64,000 bases of DNA. Origin: the human T2T-CHM13v2.0 reference genome, Homo sapiens. The notes below the pieces were generated by a model that ran no database searches, was not told the origin of the DNA, and saw only the letters and a program-made list of their open reading frames with translations. The translations under genes and the position numbers were made by a program. This document shows, piece by piece, positions 31,476-46,263 of the stretch; positions within the stretch are counted from its first letter, which is position 1, and every line of letters begins with the position of its first letter. The stretch is taken from assembly GCF_009914755.1 (NCBI RefSeq), contig NC_060939.1, one strand, 5' to 3'.

Positions 31476-31585
31476 CCTTTCTCTTTCTCTGTCTCTCTCT
31501 CTCTTTCTGGGTGTTTCTCTCTGTCTCTCTGTCCATCTCTGTCTTTCTATGTCTGTCTCTCTCTTTCTCTCTGTCTCTGTCTCTG

Positions 31586-31620
<35 letters not shown>

Positions 31621-32539
31621 GTCTCTCTCACTGTGTGTGTCTGTCTTCTGTCTTACTCTCCTTCTCTGCCTGTCCGTCTGTCTGTCTGTCTCTCCCTCTC
31701 TCTCCCTCCCTTTCTGTTTCTCTCTCTCTCTCTTTCTGTCTGTTTCTCTCTTTCTCTCTCTGTCTGTCTCTTTCTCTGTCTGTCTGTCTCTCTCTTTCTT
31801 TTTCTCTGTCTCTCTGTCTCTCTCTGTGTCTGTCTCTCTGTCTGTGCCTATCTTCTGTCTTACTCTCTTTCTCTGGCTGTCTGCCTGTCTCTCTCTCTCT
31901 CTCTGTCTGTCTCCGTCCCTCTCTCCCTGTCTGTCTGTTTCTCTCTCTGCCTCTCTCTCTCTCTGTCTGTCTCTTTCTCTGTCTGTCTGTCTCTCTCTTT
32001 CTTTTTCTCTGTCTCTCTGTCTCTCTCTGTGTCTGTCTCTCTTTCTGTGCCTATCTTCTGTCTTACTCTCTTTCTCTGGCTGTCTGCCTGTCTCTCTCTC
32101 TCTGCCTGTCTCCGTCCCTCCCTCCCTGTCTGTCTGTTTCTCTCTCTGTCTCTGTCTCTCTGTCCATCTCTGTCTGTCTCTTTCTCTTTCTCTCTCTCTG
32201 TCTCTGTCTCTCTCTCTCTCTGCCTGTCTCTCTCACTGTGTCTGTCTTCTGTCTTACTCTCTTTCTCTGCCTGCCTCTCTGTCTGTCTGTCTCTCTCCCT
32301 CCATGTCTCTCTCTCTCTCTCACTCACTCTCTCTCCGTCTCTCTCTCTTTCTGTCTGTTTCTCTCTCTGTCTGTCTCTCTCCCTCCATGTCTCTCTCTCT
32401 CTCTCTCTCACTCACTCTCTCTCCGTCTCTCTCTCTCTTTCTGTCTGTTTCTCTCTCTGTCTGTCTCTCTCCCTCCATGTCTCTCTCTCTCCCTCTCACT
32501 CACTCTCTCTCCGTCTCTCTCTCTCTTTCTGTCTGTTTC

Positions 32540-32600
<61 letters not shown>

Positions 32601-32633
32601 GTCTTTCTCCCTCCCTGTCTGTCTGTCTGTCTC

Positions 32634-32666
<33 letters not shown>

Positions 32667-32745
32667 TTCTCTTTCTGTCTGTTTCTCTCTATCTCTCGCT
32701 GTCCATCTCTGTCTTTCTATGTCTGTCTCTTTCTCTGTCAGTCTG
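29950..32745 (+). repeat. CT/CTGT-rich satellite block 2
   Basis: Same composition as block 1, about 1.1 kb longer. Confidence 0.95.
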
Positions 32746-33005
32746 TCAGACACCCCCGTGCCGGGTAGGGCCCTGCCCCTTCCACGAGAGTGAGAAGCGC
32801 GTGCTTCGGTGCTTAGAGAGGCCGAGAGGAATCTAGACAGGCGGGCCTTGCTGGGCTTCCCCACTCGGTGTACGATTTCGGGAGGTCGAGGCCGGGTCCC
32901 CGCTTGGATGCGAGGGGCATTTTCAGACTTTTCTCTCGGTCACGTGTGGCGTCCGTACTTCTCCTATTTCCCCGATAAGCTCCTCGACTTCAACATAAAC
33001 TGTGA

Positions 33006-33220
33006 AGGCCGGACGCAACACGGCGAAACCCCGTCTCTACTAAAAATACAAAGCTGAGTCGGGAGCGGTGGGGCAGGCCCCTGTAATGCCAGCTCCTCGG
33101 GAGGCTGAGGCGGGAGAATCGCTTGAACCAGGGAAGCGGAGGCTGCAGGGAGCCGAGATCGCGCCACTGCACTACGGCCCAGGCTGTAGAGTGAGTGAGA
33201 CTCGGTCTCTAAATAAATAC
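33006..33220 (+). mobile_element. 5'-truncated Alu directly after long repeat 2
   Basis: AACACGGCGAAACCCCGTCTCTACTAAAAATACA...GAGACTCGGTCTCTAAATAAA. Confidence 0.85.
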
Positions 33221-34401
33221 GGAAATTAATTAATTCATTAATTCTTTTCCCTGCTGACGGACATTTGCAGGCAGGCATCGGTTGTCTTCGGGCATCACCT
33301 AGCGGCCACTGTTATTGAAAGTCGACGTGACACGGAGGGAGGTCTCGCCGACTTCACCGAGCCTGGGGCAACGGGTTTCTCTCTCTCCCTTCTGGAGGCC
33401 CCTCCCTCTCTCCCTCGTTGCCTAGGGAACCTCGCCTAGGGAACCTCCGCCCTGGCGGGGGCCCTATTGTTCTTTGATCGGCGCTTTACTTTTCTTTGTG
33501 TTTTGGCGCCTAGACTCTTCTACTTGGGCTTTGGGAAGGGTCAGTTTAATTTTCAAGTTGCCCCCCGGCTCCCCCCACTACCCACGTCCCTTCACCTTAA
33601 TTTAGTGAGTCGGTTAGGTGGGTTTCCCCCAAACCGCCCCCCCCCCCCCGCCTCCCAACACCCTGCTTGGAAACCTTCCAGAGCCACCCCGGTGTGCCTC
33701 CGTCTTCTCTCCCCTTCCCCCACCCCTTGCCGGCGATCTCATTCTTGCCAGGCTGACATTTGCATCGGTGGGCGTCAGGCCTCACTCGGGGGCCACCGTT
33801 TTTGAAGATGGGGGCGGCACGGTCCCACTTCCCCGGAGGCAGCTTGGGCCGATGGCATAGCCCCTTGACCCGCGTGGGCAAGCGGGCGGGTCTGCAGTTG
33901 TGAGGCTTTTCCCCCCGCTGCTTCCCGCCTCAGGCCTCCCTCCCTAGGAAAGCTTCACCCTGGCTGGGTCTCGGTCACCTTTTATCACGATGTTTTAGTT
34001 TCTCCGCCCTCCGGCCAGCAGAGTTTCACAATGCGAAGGGCGCCACGGCTCTAGTCTGGGCCTTCTCAGTACTTGCCCAAAATAGAAACGCTTTCTGAAA
34101 ACTAATAACTTTGCTCACTTAAGATTTCCAGGGACGGCGCCTTGGCCCGTGTTTGTTGGCTTGTTTTGTTTCGTTCTGTTTTGTTTTGTTCGTGTTTTTC
34201 CTTTCTCGTATGTCTTTCTTTTCAGGTGAAGTAGAAATCCCCAGTTTTCAGGAAGACGTCTATTTTCCCCAAGACACGTTAGCTGCCGTTTTTTCCTGTT
34301 GTGAACTAGCGCTTTTGTGACTCTCTCAACGTGCAGTGAGAGCCGGTTGATGTTTACTATCCTTCATCATGACATCTTATTTTCTAGAAATCCGTAGGCG
34401 A

Positions 34402-34490
34402 ATGCTGCTGCTGCTCTTGTTGCTGTTGTTGTTGTTGTTGTTGTCGTCGTTGCTGTTGTCGTTGTCGTTGTTGTTGTCGTTGTCGTTGTT
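34402..34490 (+). repeat. (GTT/GTC)n trinucleotide repeat
   Basis: Read directly from the sequence. Confidence 0.85.
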
Positions 34491-34574
34491 TTCAAAGTAT
34501 ACCCCGGCCACCGTTTATGGGATCAAAAGCATTATAAAATATGTGTGATTATTTCTTGAGCACGCCCTTCCTCC

Positions 34575-35163
34575 CCCTCTCTCTGTCTCTCTGTCTGTCT
34601 CTGTCTCTCTCTTTCTCTGTCTGTCTTCTCTCTCTCTCTCTCTCTGTGTCTCTCTCTCTCTGCCTGTCTGTTTCTCTCTCTCTGCCTCTCTCTCTCTCTC
34701 TCTCTCTGCCTGTCTCTCTCACTGTGTCTGTCTTCTGTCTTACTCCCTTTCTCTGTCTGTCTGTCGGTCTCTCTCTCTCTCTCTCCCTGTCTGTATGTTT
34801 CTCTCTGTCTCTGTCTCTCTCTCTCTTTCTGTTTCTCTCTCTCCGTCTCTGTCTTTCTCTGACTGTCTCTCTCTTTCCTTCTCTCTGTCTCTCTCTGCCT
34901 GTCTCTCTCACTCTGTCTTCTGTCTTACTCTCTCTCTCTGCCTGCCTGTCTCTCTCACTCTCTCTCTCTGTGTGTCTCTCTCTCTCTTTCTGTTTCTCTC
35001 TGTCTCTCTGTCCGTCTCTGTCTTTCTCTGTCTGTCTCTTTGTCTGTCTGTCTTTGTCTTTCCTTCTCTCTGTCTCTGTCTCTCTCACTGTGTCTGTCTT
35101 CTGTCTTAGTCTCTCTCTCTCTCTCTCCCTGTCTGTCTGTCTCTCTCTCTCTCTCCCCCTGTC

Positions 35164-35208
<45 letters not shown>

Positions 35209-35481
35209 TTGTCTTTCTTTCTGTCTCTGTCTCTCTCTCTCTCTCTGTGTGTCTGTCTTCTGTCTTACTGTCTTTCTCTGCCTGTCTGTCTGTCTGTCTC
35301 TCTCTGTCTGTCTCTCTCTCTCTCTCCCCCCTGTCGGCTGTTTCTCTGTCTCTGTCTGTGTCTCTCTTTCTGTCTGTTTCTCTCTGTCTGTCTTTCTCTC
35401 TCTGTCTCTTTCTCTCTGTCTCTCTGTCTGTCTCTGTCTCTCTCTCTGTCTCTCTCTCTCTGTGGGGGGGTGTGTGTGTGT

Positions 35482-35518
<37 letters not shown>

Positions 35519-35769
35519 TGCCTTCTGTCTTACTCTCTTTCTCTGCCTGTCTGTCTGCCTGTCTGTTTGTCTCTCTCTCTCTGCCTGTCTCTCTCCCTTC
35601 CTGTCTGTTTCTCTCTCTTTCTGTTTCTCTCTGTCTCTGTCCATCTCTGTCTTTCTCCGTCTGTCTCTTTATCTGTCTCTCTCCGTCTGTCTCTTTATCT
35701 GTCTCTCTCTCTCTTTCTGTCTTTCTCTCTCTGTGTATCGTTGTCTCTCTCTGTCTGTCTCTGTCTCTG

Positions 35770-35802
<33 letters not shown>

Positions 35803-35860
35803 GTCTGTCTGTCCGTCTGTCTGTCTCGGTCTCTGGCTCTCGCTATCTCCCGCCCTCTCT
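34575..35860 (+). repeat. CT/CTGT-rich satellite block 3, with an internal (GT)n
   Basis: Same TCTTCTGTCTTACTC anchor as blocks 1 and 2, but outside the long repeats. Confidence 0.92.
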
Positions 35861-37145
35861 TTTTTTGCAAAAGAAGCTCAAGTACATCTAATCTAATCCC
35901 TTACCAAGGCCTGAATTCTTCACTTCTGACATCCCAGATTTGATCTCCCTACAGAATGCTGTACAGAACTGGCGAGTTGATTTCTGGACTTGGATACCTC
36001 ATAGAAACTACATATGAATAAAGATCCAATCCTAAAATCTGGGGTGGCTTCTCCCTCGACTGTCTCGAAAAATCGTACCTCTGTTCCCCTAGGATGCCGG
36101 AAGAGTTTTCTCAATGTGCATCTGCCCGTGTCCTAAGTGATCTGTGACCGAGCCCTGTCCGTCCTGTCTCAAATATGTACGTGCAAACACTTCTCTCCAT
36201 TTCCACAACTACCCACGGCCCCTTGTGGAACCACTGGCTCTTTGAAAAAAATCCCAGAAGTGGTTTTGGCTTTTTGGCTAGGAGGCCTAAGCCTGCTGAG
36301 AACTTTCCTGCCCAGGATCCTGTGTGACCAAAAGTGCCTCTGCTGGGAGCTGGGATCCTCGGGACCATGCTTGCTAGCGCTGGATGAGTCTCTGGAAGGA
36401 CGCACGGGACTCCGCAAAGCTGACCTGTCCCACCGAGGTCAAATGGATACCTCTGCATTGGCCCGAGGCCTCCGAAGTACATCACCGTCACCAACCGTCA
36501 CCGTCAGCATCCTTGTGAGCCTGCCCAAGGCCCCGCCTCCGGGGAGACTCTTGGGAGCCCGGCCTTCGTCGGCTAAAGTCCAAAGGGATGGTGACTTCCA
36601 CCCACAAGGTCCCCACTGAACGGCGAAGATGTGGAGCGTAGGTCAGAGAGGGGACCAGGAGGGGAGACGTCCCGACAGGCGACGAGTTCCCAAGGCTCTG
36701 GCCACCCCACCCACGCCCCACGCCCCACGTCCCGGGCACCCGCGGGACACCGCCGCTTTATCCCCTCCTCTGTCCACAGCCGGCCCCACCCCACCACGCA
36801 ACCCACGCACACACGCTGGAGGTTCCAAAACCACACGGTGTGACTAGAGCCTGACGGAGCGAGAGCCCATTTCACGAGGTGGGAGGGGTGGGGGTGGGGT
36901 GGGTTGGGGGTTGTGGGGTCTGTGGCGAGCCCGATTCTCCCTCTTGGGTGGCTACAGGCTAGAAATGAATATCGCTTCTTGGGCGGAGGGGCTTCCTTAG
37001 GCCATCACCGCTTGCGGGACTACCTCTCAAACCCTCCCTTGAGGCCACAAAATAGATTCCACCCCACCCATCGACGTTTCCCCCGGGTGCTGGATGTATC
37101 CTGTCAAGAGACCTGAGCCTGACACCGTCGAATTAAACACCTTGA

Positions 37146-37379
<234 letters not shown>

Positions 37380-37424
37380 TAGATTCGAGCCACACCTCAT
37401 TCCGTGCCACAGAGAGACTTCTTT

Positions 37425-40400
37425 TTTTTTTTTTTTTTAAGCGCAACGCAACATGTCTGCCTTATTTGAGTGGCTTCCTATATCATTATAATTGTGTTAT
37501 AGATGAAGAAACGGTATTAAACACTGTGCTAATGATAGTGAAAGTGAAGACAAAAGAAAGGCTATCTATTTTGTGGTTAGAATAAAGTTGCTCAGTATTT
37601 AGAGCTACCTAAATACGTCAGCATTTACACTCTTCCTAGTAAAAGCTGGCCAATCTGAATAATCCTCCTTTAAACAAACACAATTTTTGATAGGGTTAAG
37701 ATTTTTTTAAGAATGCGACTCCTGCAAAATAGCTGAACAGACGATACACATTTAAAAAAATAACAACACAAGGATCAACCAGACTTGGGAAAAAATCGAA
37801 AACCACACAAGTCTTATGAAGAACTGAGTTCTTAAAATAGGACGGAGAACGTAGCTATCGGAAGAGAAGGCAGTATTGGCAAGTTGATTGTTACGTTGGT
37901 CAGCAGTAGCTGGCACTATCTTTTTGGCCATCTTTCGGGCAATGTAACTACTACAGCAAAATGAGATATGATCCATGAAACAACATATTCGCAAATCAAA
38001 AAGTGTTTCAGTAATATAATGCTTCAGATTTAGAAGCAAATCAAATGATAGAACTCCACTGCTGTAATAAGTCACCCCAAAGATCACCGTATCTGACAAA
38101 ATAACTACCACAGGGTTATGACTTCAGAATCATACTTTCTCTTGATATTTACTTATGTATGTATTTATTTTTTTTAATTTATTTCTCTTGAGACGGCGTC
38201 TCGCTCTGTCGCCCAGGCTGGAGTGCGATGGTGTGATCTCGGCTCACTGCAACCGCCACCTCCCTGGGTTCAAGCGATTCTCCTGCCTCAGCCTCCCGAG
38301 TAGCTGGGACTACAGGTGCCCGCCACCACGCCCAGCTAATCTTTATACTTTTAATAGAGACGGGGTTTCACCGTGTCGGCCCGGATGGTCTCGATCTCTT
38401 GACCTCGTGACCCGCCCGCCTCGGCCTCCCAAAGTGCTGGGATGACAGGCGTGAGCCACTGAGCCCGGCCTTCTCTTGACGTTTAAACTATGAAGTCAGT
38501 CCAGAGAAACGCAATAAATGTCAACGGTGAGGATGGTGTTGAGGCAGAAGTAGGACCACACTTTTTCCTATCTTATTCAGTTGATAACAATATGACCTAG
38601 GTAGTAATTTCCTATGTGCCTACTTATACACGAGTACAAAAGAGTAAAACAGAGAGACTGCTAAATTAAAGGGTACGTGAAGTTCTTCATAGTAACTCCG
38701 TAAACTGGAACACTGTCAAAAAGCAGCAGCTAGTGAATTGTTTCCATGTATTTTTCTATGATCCAATAAGTGAACTATGCTATTCCTTTCCAGTCTCCCA
38801 AGCACTTCTTGTCCCCATCACCACTTCGGTGCTCGAAGAAAAAGTAACAAATCAAGGAACACAACTAAAGAAACACACACACAAACCAAAGACAACTACA
38901 GCGTCTGCAAAAGTTTGCTAGAAGACTGAAACTGTTGAGTATAAGGATCTGGTATTCTACGATGATCATGAGTTCACTTCAGAGTTTGTTCAAGACATAC
39001 GTTTCGTAAGGAAACATCTTAGTTAGAAGTTATTCAGCAGTAGGTACCATCCCTAAGTATTTTTCACCAAATTCGTGACAATAAAGAGCTATCTAACCAG
39101 AAAAATTAGCGAGTACCGGCACCATCCATAGGGCTTTGTCTTTACGCTTCATTAGCACTTACCATGCCTTACAATGTCTAGGATTGACCCTGATAGCATT
39201 TCGAAAACAAGCTAATGCTTTGTCCAGTTCTTCAGTGAAGACAAGCTCACGCCCTAATGCGCTATAGGCATAAGCATCATTTGGATCCACTTCGAGAGTT
39301 CTCTGGAAGAATTGAATCGCAATATCGTGTTCCCGTTGCAGACCGAAACAGTTCCCTGCAGCACACCAGGCCTCTGGCTGGCGAATTTTTATCCATGTCT
39401 GTGAAGTCTTTGGACAGAACTGAAAGAGCAACCTCTTTCGGAGGATGCCAAAGTGTTGTAGAGTAGATCTCCATGCCTTCGACTCTGTAATTCTCAATCC
39501 TCCTAACCTCTGAGAATTGTCTTTCAGCTTGCGTGGACTCTGAAAGTTTACAATAGGCCCTTCCGATTTGGCACAGTACCCAACCGGTATTGCAGTGGTG
39601 AGAAGCTAGATGGCTCAAGATGCTGATAGCTTCTTTGCCGTGGTAAGAACACAAAGCTAAATAACCTTTCCCCCTTTCACGAAGAAGGCTCATCAAGCCT
39701 TCCGCTGCTGCTTTTTGTAGATTAAAAGCCTGAATCTGAGGCGCGATTGCGGCTATTTTCCCTTCTGAAATGACGGAAGAGTCCAATTTTGTCACTTCCA
39801 GGCTATCACTTATGTTCGGTGGAGTTATTGCTCCTTTATTAGTTTTACTTTTGGTTCTTCTGTTTGGGATTTTAGGTGGAAACTTCATTTTTAATTTTCT
39901 CCTATTCTCCTCGGTTGTGGAGCTGTCACTAGTCAAGAGTCGTGAATTTCTTCGAGGCGGTGCATTTGGGGGAGATGCCATAGTGGGGCTCAATACCTGA
40001 GGTGTTGCCCTTGTCGGCGGACCAGAACTTTGTGTTTTTGCAAGGACTGGAGTTACCTTTCGGCTCTTTCCCCTCTGCGAGAAGACAGACGGTGTTCCGG
40101 TTTGGCCGATTCTGGCAACAGGCTTTTCTGAAGGGGCTCCGGTGGATGGCACGTCAATGACAGACGGTGTCTCATACCAGTGCAGTTTTGTCAATAGGGT
40201 CCGTCTCCGGGACTTGGGGTTTCTAATGGCAAAATGCCAACACTTGGGGTTAATGGACTAACAGCTGCTGGTCCTCCTAATAAACTTCGACCAGTTTTTG
40301 GTTTATGTTGAACCTGTTTAGATCATATGGAAGTTCCTGTTCCCAGTGGGACAGTATCAGGTGAAAGGACAGCTGAATCGATAGAAGACACTGGGGAGTC

Positions 40401-41223
40401 TGTATTCAAGGAGTACTTTGAATTGGAAGATTCTAAATTCCATCCGTTTCATTCGACGGTGTCCTGGGGTGTTTCCGTAAGAACGGTCTCGGGCTGTCTG
40501 TGACATAAACTAGGACGAGGTCCAAGTGTTGTGGCGCAACACTTGGACAGGCAGTTGCTAAAGCTCTCTAGAGAGGTGAATCAAAATGTTTGGTCAGGAT
40601 CTGGCTTTTCCCCCCTATTTCACATCATGATTCAAAGGGACACCAGAGGAAAGGATTTCAACGAAGGCTCTTTTGGTCACATTCTGATCCTTTGGTAAGC
40701 CGATCTGTCTTGCAATATACATGTCCCGACGATGGAAGGGGAAAGCGAGCTGAATCACCAAACTCAGGAACGATAATATCATCGTGGCTTTTCTGCTTAT
40801 GAAACACTCCACCCGATAAGATTTGATCCCCTTCTGCAAGCTTGCTGAGATCAACACAACATTTCGCAAGCAGGCATTTGCATTGCGGGGTAGTACAACT
40901 GTGTCCTTTCAAGAGTCTATATGTTTTATAGGCCTTTCCTGAGCGGTAAGAACAGGTCGCCAGTAAGAACAAGGCTTCTTCTGAGTGTACTTCTGCATAA
41001 AGGCGTTCTGCGGGGGAAACCGCATCTCGGTAGGCATAGTGGTTTAGTGCTTGCCATATAGCAGCCTGGACGGGTCCCTGCAGCACCGCCATCCTCGAGG
41101 CTCAGGCCCACTTTCTGCAGTGCCACAGGCACCCCCCCCCCCCCCCATAGCGGCTCCGGCCCGGCCAGCCTCGGCTCATTTAAAGGCACCAGCCGCCGTT
41201 ACCGGGGGATGGGGGAGTCCGAG
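37425..41223 (-). pseudogene. CDC27P: CDC27 (APC3) retro-pseudogene: 5'UTR, disrupted intron-less CDS 41092-39163, then a non-coding tail and poly(A)
   Basis: ORF fragments MAVLQGPVQAAIWQALNHYAYRDA..., ...FNLQKAAAEGLMSLLRE... and ...EAWCAAGNCF...ACFRNAIRVNPRH match human CDC27. Frameshifts include a CCAG duplication near 39,375. Poly(T) at 37422-37438. TSD-like 16-mers at 37409 and 41224. Confidence 0.93.
38151..38470 (-). mobile_element. Full-length Alu nested in the CDC27 retrocopy tail, with TSD
   Basis: Complete Alu flanked by TTCTCTTGAtaTTT (38137-38150) and TTCTCTTGAcgTTT (38471-38484). Confidence 0.9.
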
Positions 41224-41748
41224 ACAGAATGACTTCTTTATCCTGCTGACTCTGGAAAGCCCGGCGCCTTGTGATCCATTGCAAACCGAGAGTCACCTCG
41301 TGTTTAGAACACGGATCCACTCCCAAGTTCAGTGGGGGGATGTGAGGGGTGTGGCAGGTAGGACGAAGGACTCTCTTCCTTCTGATTCGGTCTGCACAGT
41401 GGGGCCTAGGGCTGGAGCTCTCTCCGTGCGGACCGCTGACTCCCTCTACCTTGGGTTCCCTCGGCCCCACCCTGGAACGCCGGGCCTTGGCAGATTCTGG
41501 CCCTTCCTGGCCCTTCAGTCGCTGTCAGAAACCCCATCTCATGCTCGGATGCCCCGAGTGACTGTGGCTCGCACCTCTCCGGAAACATTGGAAATCTCTC
41601 CTCTACGCGCGGCCACCTGAAACCACAGGAGCTCGGGACACACGTGCTTTCGGGAGAGAATGCTGAGAGTCTCTTGCCGACTCTCTCTTGACTTGAGTTC
41701 TTCGTGGGTGCGTGGTTAAGACGTAGTGAGACCAGATGTATTAACTCA

Positions 41749-42895
<1,147 letters not shown>

Positions 42896-43710
42896 CCCCC
42901 CCTTTCCCCTTCCCCCGCTTGTCTTCCCGACAGACAGTTTCACGGCAGAGCGTTTGGCTGGCGTGCTTAAACTCATTCTAAATAGAAATTTGGGACGTCA
43001 GCTTCTGGCCTCACGGACTCTGAGCCGAGGAGTCCCCTGGTCTGTCTATCACAGGACCGTACACGTAAGGAGGAGAAAAATCGTAACGTTCAAAGTCAGT
43101 CATTTTGTGATACAGAAATACACGGATTCACCCAAAACACAGAAAGCAGTCTTTTAGAAATGGCCTTAGCCCTGGTGTCCGTGCCAGTGATTCTTTTCGG
43201 TTTGGACCTTGACTGAGAGGATTCCCAGTCGGTCTCTCGTCTCTGGACGGAAGTTCCAGATGATCCGATGGGTGGGGGACTTAGGCTGCGTCCCCCCAGG
43301 AGCCCTGGTCGATTAGTTGTGGGGATCGCCTTGGAGGGCGCGGTGACCCACTGTGCTGTGGGAGCCTCCATCCTTCCCCCCACCCCCTCCCCAGGGGATC
43401 CCAATTCATTCCGGGCTGACACGCTCACTGGCAGGCGTCGGGCATCACCTAGCGGTCACTGTTACTCTGAAAACGGAGGCCTCACAGAGGAAGGGAGCAC
43501 CAGGCCGCCTGCGCACAGCCTGGGGCAACTGTGTCTTCTCCACCGCCCCCGCCCCCACCTCCAAGTTCCTCCCTCCCTTGTTGCCTAGGAAATCGCCACT
43601 TTGACGACCGGGTCTGATTGACCTTTGATCAGGCAAAAACGAACAAACAGATAAATAAATAAAATAACACAAAAGTAACTAACTAAATAAAATAAGTCAA
43701 TACAACCCAT

Positions 43711-43848
43711 TACAATACAATAAGATACGATACGATAGGATGCGATAGGATACGATAGGATACAATACAATACGATACGATACGATACAATACAATACAA
43801 TACAATACAATACAATACAATACAATACAATACAATACAATACAATAC
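43711..43848 (+). repeat. (TACAA/TACGA)n pentanucleotide microsatellite
   Basis: Read directly from the sequence. Confidence 0.92.
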
Positions 43849-43875
43849 GCCGGGCGCGGTGGCTCATGCCTGTCA

Positions 43876-44127
<252 letters not shown>

Positions 44128-44391
44128 TCAAAAATAAATACATAAATAAATACATACATACATACATACATACATACATACATAAATTAAAATAAATAAA
44201 TAAAATAAAATAAATAAATGGGCCCTGCGCGGTGGCTCAAGCCTGTCATCCCCTCACTTTGGGAGGCCAAGGCCGGTGGATCAAGAGGCGGTCAGACCAA
44301 CAGGGCCAGTATGGTGAAACCCCGTCTCTACTCACAATACACAACATTAGCCGGGCGCTGTGCTGTGCTGTACTGTCTGTAATCCCAGCTA

Positions 44392-44685
<294 letters not shown>

Positions 44686-45351
44686 TTAACTTCATTTTAT
44701 GTTATTATCATGATTGATGTTTCGAGACGGAGTCTCGGAGGCCCGCCCTCCCTGGTTGCCCAGACAACCCCGGGAGACAGACCCTGGCTGGGCCCGATTG
44801 TTCTTCTCCTTGGTCAGGGGTTTCCTTGTCTTTCTTCGTGTCTTTAACCCGCGTGGACTCTTCCGCTCGGGTTTGACAGATGGCAGCTCCACTTTAGGCC
44901 TTGTTGTTGTTGGGGACTTTCCTGATTCTCCCCAGATGTAGTGAAAGCAGGTAGATTTGCCTTGCCTGGACTTGCCTGGCCTTGCCTTTTCTTTCTTTCT
45001 TTCTTTATTACTTTCTCTTTTTCTTCTTCTTCTTCTTCTTCTTCTTCTTCTTCTTCTTCTTTTTTTTTTTGAGACAGAGTTTCACTCTTGTTGCCCAGGC
45101 TAGAGGGCAATGGTGCGATCTCGGCTCACCGCACCCTCCGCCTCCCAGGTTCAAGCGATTCTCCTGCCTCAGCCTCCTGATTAGCTGGGATTACAGGCAT
45201 GGGCCACCGTGCCTGGCTGATGTTTGTACTTTTAGTAGAGACGGTGTTTTTCCATGTTGGTCAGGCTGGTCTCCCACTCCCAACCTCAGGTGGTCCGCCT
45301 GCCTTAGCCTCCCAAAGTGCTGGGATGACAGGCGTGAGCCACCGCGCCCAG

Positions 45352-45404
<53 letters not shown>

Positions 45405-46051
45405 CGCTTGCTTGCTTGCTTTCGTGCTTTCTTGCTTTCCCGTTTTCTTGCTTTCTTTCTTTCTTTCGTTTCTTTCATGCTTGCTTTCTTGCTTGCTTGC
45501 TTGCTTTCGTGCTTTCTTGCTTTCCTGTTTTCTTTTTCTTTCTTTCTTTCTTTCTTTCTTTTGTTTCTTTCTTGCTTGCTTTCTTGCTTGCTTGCTTGCT
45601 TTCGTGCTTTCTTGCTTTCCTGTTTTCTTTCTTTCTTTCTTTCTTTTGTTTCTTTCTTGCTTGCTTTCTTGCTTGCTTGCTTTCGTGCTTTCTTGTTTTC
45701 TCGATTTCTTTCTTTCTTTTGTTTCTTTCCTGCTTGCTTTCTTGCTTGATTGCTTTCGTGCTTTCTTGCTTTCTTGTTTTCTTTCTTTCTTTTGTTTCTT
45801 TCTTTCTTGCTTCCTTGTTTTCTTGCTTTCTTGCTTGCTTGCTTTCGTGCTTTCTTGTTTTCTTGCTTTCTTTCTTTTGTTTCTTTCTTGCTTGCTTTCT
45901 TGCTTCCTTGTTTTCTTGCTTTCTTGCTTGCTTGCTTTCGTGCTTTCTTTCTTGCTTTCTTTTCTTTCTTTCTTTTCTTTTTCTTTCTTTCTTGCTTTCT
46001 TTTCTTTCATTCATTCATTCTTTCTTTCTTTCCTTTCTTTCTTTCTTTCTT

Positions 46052-46098
<47 letters not shown>

Positions 46099-46113
46099 GT
46101 TTCGTCCTTTTGA

Positions 46114-46263
<150 letters not shown>

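Noticed and set aside
37752-38111. 119-aa minus-strand ORF with ordinary-looking composition
   Set aside because: It lies in the intron-like tail of the CDC27 retrocopy, resembles nothing I recognise, and is probably a chance ORF.
39277-41092. CDC27-like ORFs (144 and 305 aa) as a functional gene
   Set aside because: The CDS is broken by frameshifts, carries many substitutions, lacks the C-terminus, and has retrocopy hallmarks.
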